Part shown: one piece after another, positions 44,112 to 52,604 of the stretch
How the letters are laid out: each line of letters opens with the position of its first letter
Position numbering within the stretch: the first letter of the stretch is position 1
DNA from: Spirochaetota bacterium
Lineage (GTDB): Bacteria > Spirochaetota > Spirochaetia > DSM-27196 > PWMO01
Direction of reading: 5' to 3'
Length of the DNA: 57,620 bases
Assembly (NCBI GenBank): GCA_009908925.1
Contig: JAAAOH010000318.1
Span: 1 to 57,620 of the forward strand
Notes under the pieces: model-generated
What the model was told of the DNA's origin: nothing
Database searches by the model: none
Seen by the model: the letters and a program-made list of their open reading frames with translations, nothing else
Position numbers and translations under genes: made by a program

Positions 44112-44878
44112 TCGTCATCCGGATCGAGGAACTGAGCTTCGGCTACGACGCGGAGCGGCCCGTTATCGCGGGGCTTTCGCTCGAGGTCGAGGCCGGCAGC
44201 GCCACCGTCATCCTCGGTCCGAACGGGGCGGGGAAGAGCACCCTTCTGAGTCTGCTCCTGGGCTATAACCTGCCGCGCGAGGGGAGCATCGAGATCCTCG
44301 GCGCGCCCCTGTCGAGCTACCAGCGCCATGAGCTCGGACAACTCATCGCCTACGTCTCCGACGAAACCTATCTGCCGTTCAACTACTCGGTGCTCGACTA
44401 TGTGCTCCTCGGCCGTGGTGCGCGCGTCCCGACCTGGGGTCTCCCGGCATCGGCGGATTACCGGGCCCTCGAAGATGCGATCGACCGCATCGGCATCGGC
44501 AGCCTTCGCAGTCGAAGCGTGCAGGAGCTCTCCGCCGGCGAGCTGCAGCTCGCATCGGTCGCTCGAGCCCTTGCACAGGAGCCCCGGATTCTGCTCATGG
44601 ACGAGCCGACCAGTCACCTCGACCCGGCAAACGCGCTGTCGGTCTTCCGGCTCGTTCGCGAGCTCACGGGAGCGGGGCTCACGGTGCTCTTCACGACCCA
44701 CGACCCGGTGCATGCGCGACAGGTAGCGGATCGGGCGGTACTGCTCGGCCGAAGTGGGCTCGTTGCCGCCGGTCCTGCAGCGGAGGCCCTCTCCACGGAT
44801 AACCTCGAGCGACTCTACGGTGTGCGGTTCGAGGAGGCCGCGGCCGGGTCGCGACGGATTCCCTTCGTGGAGTTGTGA
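44108..44878 (+). CDS. ABC transporter ATP-binding protein (FepC/BtuD-like)
   Basis: ATGA overlap with the permease. GPNGAGKSTL, LSAGELQ, LLMDEPTSHLD and TTHDP motifs. Confidence 0.88.
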   Translation: MIVIRIEELSFGYDAERPVIAGLSLEVEAGSATVILGPNGAGKSTLLSLLLGYNLPREGSIEILGAPLSSYQRHELGQLIAYVSDETYLPFNYSVLDYVLLGRGARVPTWGLPASADYRALEDAIDRIGIGSLRSRSVQELSAGELQLASVARALAQEPRILLMDEPTSHLDPANALSVFRLVRELTGAGLTVLFTTHDPVHARQVADRAVLLGRSGLVAAGPAAEALSTDNLERLYGVRFEEAAAGSRRIPFVEL

Positions 44879-44964
44879 GGCACGGACTCGGGCGCGGCGG
44901 TGCGAACCCGGGCGCCGCACCGGGAGCTATGACCCGCGTCGGGCGGCCGCGGCCCGGGCGCCGC

Positions 44965-45906
44965 TTACGGTACGATGTGGGTGTCGGACTCGCCCTCGAG
45001 GGCGGCCGCAAGATGCTCCGGGTCGGTGATGATGCCCTGGCGGCCGGTCGCTTCGACGAACTCTATCATCGTCTGGATCTTCGGCAGCATGCTGCCGCGC
45101 GCAAAGTGGCCGTCGGCCGTGTAATCCCGCGCCGCAGCGACACTCATCTCCTCGACGGCGCGCTGGACGGGTTTCCCGTAGTTCAGATAGACCTTCTCAA
45201 CTGCCGTGGAGATGACGAAGCGATCTGCCCCGAGGCTGCGGGCAAGCAGGCTCGCGGCGAGGTCCTTGTCGATGACCGCCTCCACGCCGGCGTAGCTTCC
45301 GTCCGGGGTGCGGATGACGGGGATCCCGCCGCCGCCGGCGGCGATGGTTATGGTGCCGCTTTCGACGAGCTGACGGATGACCGGTAGCTCGAGGATCTCG
45401 AGCGGGCGCGGCGAGGGCACGACCCAGCGCCAGCCACGCCCCGCGTCCTCGGCAACAGCCCACCCGTCTCGGTCGCGGCGAGCCATGGCCTCCTTCTCTG
45501 ACATGAAGGTTCCGATAGGCTCCGACGGATCTGAAAAGGACGGGTCCGCCTCGTCGACGAGCACCTCGGTGACGATTGTCAAGACATTGCGTTGCTGCTC
45601 GAGTCCGCCGATGACGTTACGGATGGCGGTCTGGATATTGTAATCGAGGGCACCCTGAGTATCGGCCACGCAGGAGTCGAGCGGTACCATGTGCAGCTCG
45701 GCTGCCCCGAGCTGGGCTTGCCGGAGGATGAAGCTCACCTGCGGGCCGTTTCCGTGCACGATAGCGATACGATGGTCGGAAGCGCGCACCGGCCGGAGGT
45801 TGCGGGCGGTTGCAAAGGCCGCCTCGTACTGGGCCGGAACGGTGACGTGCTGCGCGTCGGTGATGAGTGAGTTCCCGCCGATGGCGATGACGATGGTTTC
45901 GCTCAC
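44965..45906 (-). CDS. arcC: carbamate kinase
   Basis: IAIGGNSL, VHGNGPQV, GGGGIPV and the ...DKDLA..LLA... pattern. 313 aa. Confidence 0.9.
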   Translation of the reverse strand: MSETIVIAIGGNSLITDAQHVTVPAQYEAAFATARNLRPVRASDHRIAIVHGNGPQVSFILRQAQLGAAELHMVPLDSCVADTQGALDYNIQTAIRNVIGGLEQQRNVLTIVTEVLVDEADPSFSDPSEPIGTFMSEKEAMARRDRDGWAVAEDAGRGWRWVVPSPRPLEILELPVIRQLVESGTITIAAGGGGIPVIRTPDGSYAGVEAVIDKDLAASLLARSLGADRFVISTAVEKVYLNYGKPVQRAVEEMSVAAARDYTADGHFARGSMLPKIQTMIEFVEATGRQGIITDPEHLAAALEGESDTHIVP

Positions 45907-46882
45907 GTTGCCTCCAGCGGCATGAACTCGAAGGCGGCCACGTCGAAGAGGCCCATGTCCGTAAGCTTGATCTCGGGGATCACCGGAAGCGCCATGAAGG
46001 AGAGGGCCGTGAAGGGGTCGATGTCACGTCGTACCCCGAGGCGCTCGCGTGCAATCTCGGTGAGCGCCGCCATCCGCCGGCTGAGCTCCTGTGCCGGCTC
46101 ACCGGTCATGAGCCTGGAGATCGGCAGGGGCAAGCTCTCGAGCACTTCACCGTCTGCAACGATGCACATCCCTCCGCCGATACGAACGAGCTCTTCGGCT
46201 GCGCGGAGCATGTCCGCATCCGAATCCCCGAGGATGAGCAAGTTGTGCGAGTCGTGTGCGTTGGTTGTGGCCATCGCACCGCCGCGCGCACCGAAACCGC
46301 GTATGAGGCCCAGGCCGCCACTGCCGGTCCGGCGGTGGCGCTCGATCACGTTCACGGTGTCGCCCTGCAGCGGGAGGGAGAAGTCGGTCTCGGTGATCAA
46401 TGCGACGTTCACCGTGTCGGAGACCTTCGCCCGATCGGGCACACCTACCGAGAACAGTGGCGCGCCATTCTCGGCTGCAAGCTCGCCCCGCTTGAAGACA
46501 TCCCGAACCCGGAAGTCGGTGAGGTCGTCTACCACCGCCAAGTCTGCAAGCATTCCCGGCGCAAGGGCGCCACGGCCGTGCGGAGGTTGTAGTCGATGTG
46601 GCCCTCCGCTATGAGGTCCGCCGGCTGCTTGTCGTCGGTGCAGAATGCGCAGAGGTGTGCGGTATGCGGGTCGACCCCCTCGATGAGGGTCGTGAGGTTG
46701 CGAGCAGCCGAGCCGTCGCGAATGAGCACGCGCATGCCGAGCCCCCCGATCAGCCCGTCGTCAACGGCCACGTCGGTCTGCAGAACCTCGTGTGTGTATA
46801 CGTTTACCACCCGGGTATTCTTGAGTACCAGCGTGGCGGGTCTCCTGCACGTGGCGACCTCGATCAAACGGCCTCTGTTCAT
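45903..46882 (-). pseudogene. ade: adenine deaminase pseudogene (internal deletions plus frameshift)
   Basis: The N-terminal ~50 aa (LVLKNTRVVNVYT.EV...DVAV.DG.I.G.G) are joined directly to the IR.GSAA.NL...F.TDD....DL...GHID segment. The catalytic HxH-containing core is therefore missing. A second gap and a frame change near 46553-46575 precede the intact-looking C-terminal domain (GALAPGMLADLAVVDDL ... ATTNAHDSHNL...). Confidence 0.75.
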
Positions 46883-47002
46883 ACGTGCTCCTTGACGCCC
46901 ACGCTCTGCGTCGCTCAACAGTATAGCCCTTCCCGCCGGGCGCGCAAGGAAGAACCAATCTTGACAGCCGTCGTGTGCAGTCATAGGCTCGCGCTACGAG
47001 CT

Positions 47003-48151
47003 ATGAGCGATTTTATCTACCGCTGCAGTCAGTGTGGACGCGAGTACGAGATCACCCCCGACCGTATGGTGTGCGAGGACTGCTCGGCGGATCAGTCCGC
47101 CGACGAGCCCCTGCGGGGGATCCTCGAGGTCGTGAATCGGCGCGGCGTGCCCGCCGACTGGAGCATCTACGACTTCCTGCCGGTCGGTCGCGAGTGGTTT
47201 CCGCCGATACCGGCCGGGAACACCCCCCTCTGGGAGCCGACACGACTGCGCGAGCAGACCGGGCTGCCCGGTCTCTTTCTCAAAGACGACTCCTGCAACC
47301 CCACCGGCTCTTTCAAGGACCGTGCAAGTGCCCTTGTTGCCGCCTACGCGCGTCGCGAAGATATCGACCGCATCGTTCTGGCGTCCACCGGCAATGCCGG
47401 AAGCTCGATGTGCGGGGTGGGCGCAGCCGCGGGCCTGCAGGTCCGCCTCTACCTCCCCGCGGCGGCGCCGCCGGCCAAGCTCGTGCAGTCGCTGCAGTAC
47501 GGCGCCGATGTCATCCGCGTGGATGGAACCTACGACGAGGCCTCCGCGCAGGCCATGGCCTACATTGCCGAGCACGGCGGCCTTTCGAGAAACACCGGCC
47601 ACAATCCGCTGACTATCGAGGGCAAGAAGACCGTCTCCCTCGAGATCTTCCGGCAACTCGGCGACCGGGTCCCCGACTACGTCTTCGTCTCCACCGGTGA
47701 CGGCGTGATCCTCAGCGGGGTCTACCGTGGCTTCGAGGCCCTGGTGAACGCGGGCGTCGCGGATCACATGCCGACCATGGTCGCGGTGCAGGCGGAGGGG
47801 TCCTGTGCCATTACGCGGGCACTCCGCGAGGGTGGGTTCACCGCGCCGGTGCCGTCCCGCACCGTGGCGGACTCCATTTCGGTGGATGTTCCGGCAGCCG
47901 GCTACTTTGCCGCAGACCGACTCCGTCGCCACGAGGGACGCGCCGTCACCGTCACAGACGATGCCATCCTTGCCGCACAGACGGAGCTCGCGTCGGGGTC
48001 CGGGCTGTTTGCAGAGCCCGCGGCCGCGGCAGCCTGGGCGGGCGTCGCGGCCCTGCGCGGTGAGCTCGATGCCGATGCCACGGTCGTGGTGCTCATCACC
48101 GGGAGCGGCCTCAAAGACATCGATTCCGCAAAGCGGGCGGTGGGCTTGTAG
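47003..48151 (+). CDS. threonine synthase-family PLP enzyme with N-terminal zinc-ribbon
   Basis: MSDFIYRCSQCGREY...CEDC zinc ribbon, NPTGSFKDRAS PLP-lysine motif and STGNAG. 382 aa from ATG 47003. The listed ORF start at 46598 overlaps the ade pseudogene. Confidence 0.8.
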   Translation: MSDFIYRCSQCGREYEITPDRMVCEDCSADQSADEPLRGILEVVNRRGVPADWSIYDFLPVGREWFPPIPAGNTPLWEPTRLREQTGLPGLFLKDDSCNPTGSFKDRASALVAAYARREDIDRIVLASTGNAGSSMCGVGAAAGLQVRLYLPAAAPPAKLVQSLQYGADVIRVDGTYDEASAQAMAYIAEHGGLSRNTGHNPLTIEGKKTVSLEIFRQLGDRVPDYVFVSTGDGVILSGVYRGFEALVNAGVADHMPTMVAVQAEGSCAITRALREGGFTAPVPSRTVADSISVDVPAAGYFAADRLRRHEGRAVTVTDDAILAAQTELASGSGLFAEPAAAAAWAGVAALRGELDADATVVVLITGSGLKDIDSAKRAVGL

Positions 48152-48172
48152 GGCCGCGCGAGTGCCGCGGCC
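48152..48172. terminator. hairpin between convergent genes
   Basis: GGCCGCG-CGAGTGC-CGCGGCC (7-bp stem), immediately after the stop at 48149-48151 and before the convergent hydrolase stop. No clear U-tract. Confidence 0.3.
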
Positions 48173-48176
48173 TGGC

Positions 48177-48977
48177 TCAGCCGCTGAGCTCCTCTACGAA
48201 GCCCGCAATGTCCCCGATCACCTCCTGACGGTTGACCTCGTTCACGAGCTCGTGCTTTGCCTCCGGGTAGCGCTTCATCGTTTTCTTCTGCGCAGGCATC
48301 CGCTCCACCGCCCGGGCGCTGGTGTCGCCGGGAACGAAGGGGTCGGCCTCTCCGTGGAGGAAGAGCACCGGCATCGTCAGTCGATGGATCTCTTCGTTGA
48401 ACCGATCAAGTGCTCTGACCTCGGCCTCGAGCAGTGGCCGCTTGTAGCCGCCGTGGTAGACGAGCGGATCCTCGGCGTATGATCGCACCGCCTCGGGGTT
48501 CCGGGACATGCCGCCGGGATCGCTCGGCTCGGACGGAAGCGCGGGCTGTGCAAGCACCTCCCGTGCCCAGTTCCAGTCGCCGAGCACCGCCCCGAGAAAG
48601 CCGACGCCGGCAAGCGAGTCGGGGTAACGCTCGGCGTAGCAGGCTGTGAGAAGCCCGCCCATCGAGTGGCCGATCATAATAAGCGGAAGGTCTCCGGCCT
48701 GCTCCCGGGTCATCCCGACGAGCGAGCGAAGGTCGTCGACGACGTGCTCGAAGTCGGTGATGAGCGCCCGCTCCCCCTCCGTCCTGCCGTGACCGATATG
48801 ATCCGGCGCGTAGACGACTGCCTGCGATCGGGTAAGCCGTTCGGCGACATGGGCGTAGCGTCCGCCGTGCTCTGCGTAGCCATGCACCAGCACGACGATG
48901 CACGTCGCCCGGCCTTCGGGATCCCAGCGGCGGTAGAACACCGTGCCCTCACTGCCGCGAAAGGTAGCGGTTGTCAT
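48177..48977 (-). CDS. alpha/beta hydrolase (lysophospholipase / monoacylglycerol lipase-like)
   Basis: HGYAEHGGRY, nucleophile elbow GHSMGG and a C-terminal H in EAKHE. 266 aa. Confidence 0.8.
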   Translation of the reverse strand: MTTATFRGSEGTVFYRRWDPEGRATCIVVLVHGYAEHGGRYAHVAERLTRSQAVVYAPDHIGHGRTEGERALITDFEHVVDDLRSLVGMTREQAGDLPLIMIGHSMGGLLTACYAERYPDSLAGVGFLGAVLGDWNWAREVLAQPALPSEPSDPGGMSRNPEAVRSYAEDPLVYHGGYKRPLLEAEVRALDRFNEEIHRLTMPVLFLHGEADPFVPGDTSARAVERMPAQKKTMKRYPEAKHELVNEVNRQEVIGDIAGFVEELSG

Positions 48978-49016
48978 GTGTGCAGTCCTCCGTTGCCGTT
49001 GGCCGTCTGCGGCTTC

Positions 49017-49967
49017 CTACCCGCTTGCTGCGCCGGAGCGGTAGCTGTTGCCGAGGGCCGCCGGCGGGCGCGAGCGAACCATACCGCCTGCCAGGATGAG
49101 AATGGTCAGCGCGTAGGGCAGCATCTGGATTATATTGTGAGGCAGGGCGATTTCCAGTCCCTGGAGCCTGATCTGGATGGCATCTGCGTAGGAGAAGAGC
49201 ATGCTCGCGCCGAGTCCCCCAAACGGGTTCCATTGCCCGAAGATATTGGCTGCAAGCCCCATGAATCCCCGGCCCGCACTCATTCCGTTGCTGAAGCGAC
49301 CAAGACTCCCGATGGACAGGTAGGCACCGCCGATACCGCAGAGCACGCCGCCGAGAATGACGCTGAAGTGCTTGATCGCACGGACGTTGATGCCAAGCGT
49401 ATCGGCGGCCTCCGGGTTCTCCCCGGTCATTCGGATCCGGAGACCGAGCGGTGTTTTGAAAAGCAGTACCCACCCCGCCACGATGAGCGCGAGCATCAGG
49501 TACACGAACGGTGACTGCACGCCGAGCACCGGCCCAACCACCGGGATGTCGCTGAGAAGGGGGATGGTGATGACCTCGAGCCGGGCGACGGCGGGTGTCG
49601 TGCCCTTGGATCCCCAGATCACCTGCATCAGCCAGGTCGTCATTCCCGCCGCAAAGATGTTGATGCCTACGCCGGCGACGACGTGGTTTGCCCGGAACTC
49701 GACCGTGAACACGGAGTGAACCACCGCTATCAGGGCGCCGGCAACCACCGCGAACAGGAGTCCGACAACGGCACTGTCGCTCAGGTAGCTCCCGAGCGCG
49801 CCCGCAAACGCCCCGGTGAGCAGCATTCCCTCGAGGCCGATGTTGATGATGCCCGCCCGCTCGGAAAAGGTCCCGCCCATCGCGGCCAGGGCGATCGGTG
49901 TGGAGAGGCGGATCGCGGCATTCAGCGTCTGCAGGTTGAATATCGTGGCAAGGATCTCACCCAGCAT
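49017..49967 (-). CDS. BMP-family ABC transporter permease
   Basis: Starts MLGEILATIF. Carries GGTFSERAGIINIGLEGM and TGENPEAADTLGINV motifs. The longer listed ORF overlaps the upstream permease. Confidence 0.85.
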   Translation of the reverse strand: MLGEILATIFNLQTLNAAIRLSTPIALAAMGGTFSERAGIINIGLEGMLLTGAFAGALGSYLSDSAVVGLLFAVVAGALIAVVHSVFTVEFRANHVVAGVGINIFAAGMTTWLMQVIWGSKGTTPAVARLEVITIPLLSDIPVVGPVLGVQSPFVYLMLALIVAGWVLLFKTPLGLRIRMTGENPEAADTLGINVRAIKHFSVILGGVLCGIGGAYLSIGSLGRFSNGMSAGRGFMGLAANIFGQWNPFGGLGASMLFSYADAIQIRLQGLEIALPHNIIQMLPYALTILILAGGMVRSRPPAALGNSYRSGAASG

Positions 49968-51045
49968 CCGAGTCTCTCCTTCGTCGAAGGCGCAGGCGTG
50001 AGAGCGCGTGGAGCGCCGCGGGGGCTGCGACAAGCAGAATTACAAGGCCCTGTATGACCGTTGTAAGATCGCTCGGGATGCGGGCGAAAAGCTGCATCGA
50101 CATGCCGCCGGTTTCCAGGACGGCAAACAGAAAGGCGGCGAGGAGCACACCCCAGGGTTTTCCCCTGCCGAGCACCGCAACCGCGATACCGGTGAATCCG
50201 TATCCGGGCGAGAAATTGGCCACAAAGCGGCTGATCTGCGAGAGCACGACCATTCCTCCGGCAATCCCGGCCATCGCGCCGCCGAGAGACATGGCCATGA
50301 CCTGGATGCGGGAGCTTCGCACGCCTCCGTACTCCGCGGCCGAGGCATTAAGCCCGACGGCGCGGAAGTCGTAGCCCAGGGACGTCTTTCCGAGAAACCA
50401 GCTGAACAGGGCGATCGCGACGACCCCAACAAGCAGGCCCGCTGAGATGTCGGACCCGAGGATGCCCGGCATTTCGGCGGTGGCGGCGATACGCTCGGTC
50501 TGGTCTACCGCGCCGGGTGCCTTGAAGTAGGCAGAGGTCACGTGCGTGGTTCCGAGCACGGCGATTGAGTTCAGCATGATGCTTGTGATGACCTCGTGTG
50601 CGCCCGTGCGTGCCTTGAGGATGCCGGGGATCGAGCCCCAGAGCGCACCTGTCAGAGCGCCTGCAAGGATGGGCAGTCCCACGGCCACCATCGGTGGCGC
50701 CCCGTCCATGGCGATTGCTGCGACCGCGGTTGCAAGGGCGCCCCAGTAGAGCTGACCCTCGGCGCCGATATTGAACAGTCCGGCGCGAAAGGCCAGCGCC
50801 ACGGCGAGTCCGGCAAAGACCAGCGGTGTGGTGCGCAAGACGGTCTGCGAGATCGCGTAGGCACTGCCGAACGCGCCCTGAAAGAGGCTCGCAAGTGCGG
50901 TTCTCACATCGTAGCCGAATATGACAATGAGAACCGCGCCGATGGAAATGGCGATGATGATGGCAAGGATCGAGTAACCGAGCTCGAGAAGGGCAGTTCT
51001 CGCGCCGTCCGGCAGACGGGAAGCCCGTGACTCGCTGCCGCTCAT
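49957..51045 (-). CDS. BMP-family ABC transporter permease
   Basis: 362-aa multi-span protein with FNIGAEGQL and VGLNASAAEYGG motifs. Paralogue of 15665-16789. Confidence 0.85.
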   Translation of the reverse strand: MSGSESRASRLPDGARTALLELGYSILAIIIAISIGAVLIVIFGYDVRTALASLFQGAFGSAYAISQTVLRTTPLVFAGLAVALAFRAGLFNIGAEGQLYWGALATAVAAIAMDGAPPMVAVGLPILAGALTGALWGSIPGILKARTGAHEVITSIMLNSIAVLGTTHVTSAYFKAPGAVDQTERIAATAEMPGILGSDISAGLLVGVVAIALFSWFLGKTSLGYDFRAVGLNASAAEYGGVRSSRIQVMAMSLGGAMAGIAGGMVVLSQISRFVANFSPGYGFTGIAVAVLGRGKPWGVLLAAFLFAVLETGGMSMQLFARIPSDLTTVIQGLVILLVAAPAALHALSRLRLRRRRDSDAG

Positions 51046-52556
51046 GCGGATTCCTCGGTGTGGCCGGCCATGAGGAGGCCGAGCTCGTGATCGTCACAGT
51101 CGGCCGGTCGCTCGGCAACGATGCGGCCTTCGTAGAGAACGAGGATCCGGTCACTGAGGGCGCGCACCTCGTCAAGCTCGGCGGAGATGAGCAGGACTCC
51201 CTTCCCCCGCTCCCTGAGCTCGAGCAGCTGCTTGTGTATGTACTCGATGGCTCCGACATCGACGCCGCGGGTGGGCTGGCAGGCGAGTACTACTTCGGGC
51301 TGTCTACTGAACTCGCGTGCGATAATGAGCTTCTGCTGATTGCCACCCGAGAGGGAAGATGCCGGAGCGAACAGTCCCGCGGCACGGATAGCAAAATCCC
51401 GGACGAGCTGCTTGGCGAACGCGACGATGGAGGCAATGCGAAACACGCCGCGGCGGGCGAACGGCTGCCTCCACTGGGAGCCAAGGATGAGATTCCAGGC
51501 GACGGAAAACCCGCCGATGATACCACGTCGTTGTCGATCCGAGGGGATGTGGGCAAGACCAAGTCTGCGTCGCTGCTCGGGTCCGCCCCTTAGCTCGCGG
51601 TCGCCGATGGCGATCGTGCCGTTGTAGTGCCTGCGCAGGCCGCTGATGGCTTCCTCGAGCTCGAGCTGCCCGTTCCCCTCCACGCCGGCGATGCCGAGGA
51701 TCTCGCCCGCCCGGACCTGCAGCGACACGCCGCGGACATGGGCGCCGAGGGCGCTCTCCACCGACAATTCGGTCACCTCGAGAATGGTGTCTCCCGCCTC
51801 GACAGGCATGCGCTCCACGCGCAGCAGCACCTCTCTGCCCACCATCATTCGTGCCAGATCCGCCGGAGTCGTTTCGCTCGTGTTCACGGTATCCACGACC
51901 CGGCCGTCGCGGAGTACGGTGACACGATCAGAGACCGCCATAGTCTCGCGGAGTTTGTGGGTAATGAAGATGATCGTCTGGCCGTCTTCCTTGAGCCGCT
52001 CGATAATACTAAAGAGCTCATCCGTTTCCTGCGGGGTGAGCACGGCGGTGGGCTCGTCCAGGATCAGGATGCGTGCCCTGCGATACAGGGCCTTGAGAAT
52101 TTCGACGCGCTGCTGCTCGCCGACCGAGATGTTCTCCACCCTAGCGGTCGGATTCACCGTTAGACGATATCGCTCGGCGAGCTCACGCACCTGCGCGGTT
52201 GCGCTGGCCATATCGAGAAATCCCCGCCGGGCCACCTCCGTGCCGGCGATGACGTTCTCCGTGACGGTGAGCCGCGGGACGAGCATGAAATGCTGGTGCA
52301 CCATCCCGATGCCGAGCGCGATTGCATCACTCGGGCGGCGGATGGTGACCGCCTCGCCGTTTACCCTGATAGAGCCGGCGTCGGCATGATGAAGCCCGAA
52401 GAGGATCTTCATCAGCGTCGTCTTTCCCGCTCCGTTCTCGCCGAGGAGGCTGTGAACTTCCCCCGTGCGAATGGAGAGAGAAACCGCGTCGTTCGCGTTT
52501 ACCGTGCCGAAGCGCTTGGTTATGCCGGTAAGCTCAGCTGCGTTCATTGGCTTCAC
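51042..52556 (-). CDS. BMP-family ABC transporter ATP-binding protein
   Basis: Duplicated ATPase with GENGAGKTT, ISVGEQQRVEI, LILDEPT, LSGGNQQK and QPTRGVDVGA. Paralogue of 12117-13655. Confidence 0.9.
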   Translation of the reverse strand: MKPMNAAELTGITKRFGTVNANDAVSLSIRTGEVHSLLGENGAGKTTLMKILFGLHHADAGSIRVNGEAVTIRRPSDAIALGIGMVHQHFMLVPRLTVTENVIAGTEVARRGFLDMASATAQVRELAERYRLTVNPTARVENISVGEQQRVEILKALYRRARILILDEPTAVLTPQETDELFSIIERLKEDGQTIIFITHKLRETMAVSDRVTVLRDGRVVDTVNTSETTPADLARMMVGREVLLRVERMPVEAGDTILEVTELSVESALGAHVRGVSLQVRAGEILGIAGVEGNGQLELEEAISGLRRHYNGTIAIGDRELRGGPEQRRRLGLAHIPSDRQRRGIIGGFSVAWNLILGSQWRQPFARRGVFRIASIVAFAKQLVRDFAIRAAGLFAPASSLSGGNQQKLIIAREFSRQPEVVLACQPTRGVDVGAIEYIHKQLLELRERGKGVLLISAELDEVRALSDRILVLYEGRIVAERPADCDDHELGLLMAGHTEESA

Positions 52557-52567
52557 TGCTCGGAGAC

Positions 52568-52593
52568 GCGGGCCCCCGCCCGGCGGGAGCCCG
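52568..52593 (-). terminator. GC-rich hairpin between binding-protein and ATPase genes (attenuator-like)
   Basis: GCGGGC.CCCGCC.GGCGGG.GCCCGC nested inverted repeat in the 48-nt gap. Its position is analogous to the rbsB-rbsA hairpin. Confidence 0.3.
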
Positions 52594-52604
52594 CAGCAGG
52601 TGTG

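Noticed and set aside
46598-47002. 5' extension of the threonine-synthase-like ORF (listed start 46598)
   Set aside because: The extension runs antisense through the ade pseudogene and has no homology. The zinc-ribbon N-terminus starts at ATG 47003.
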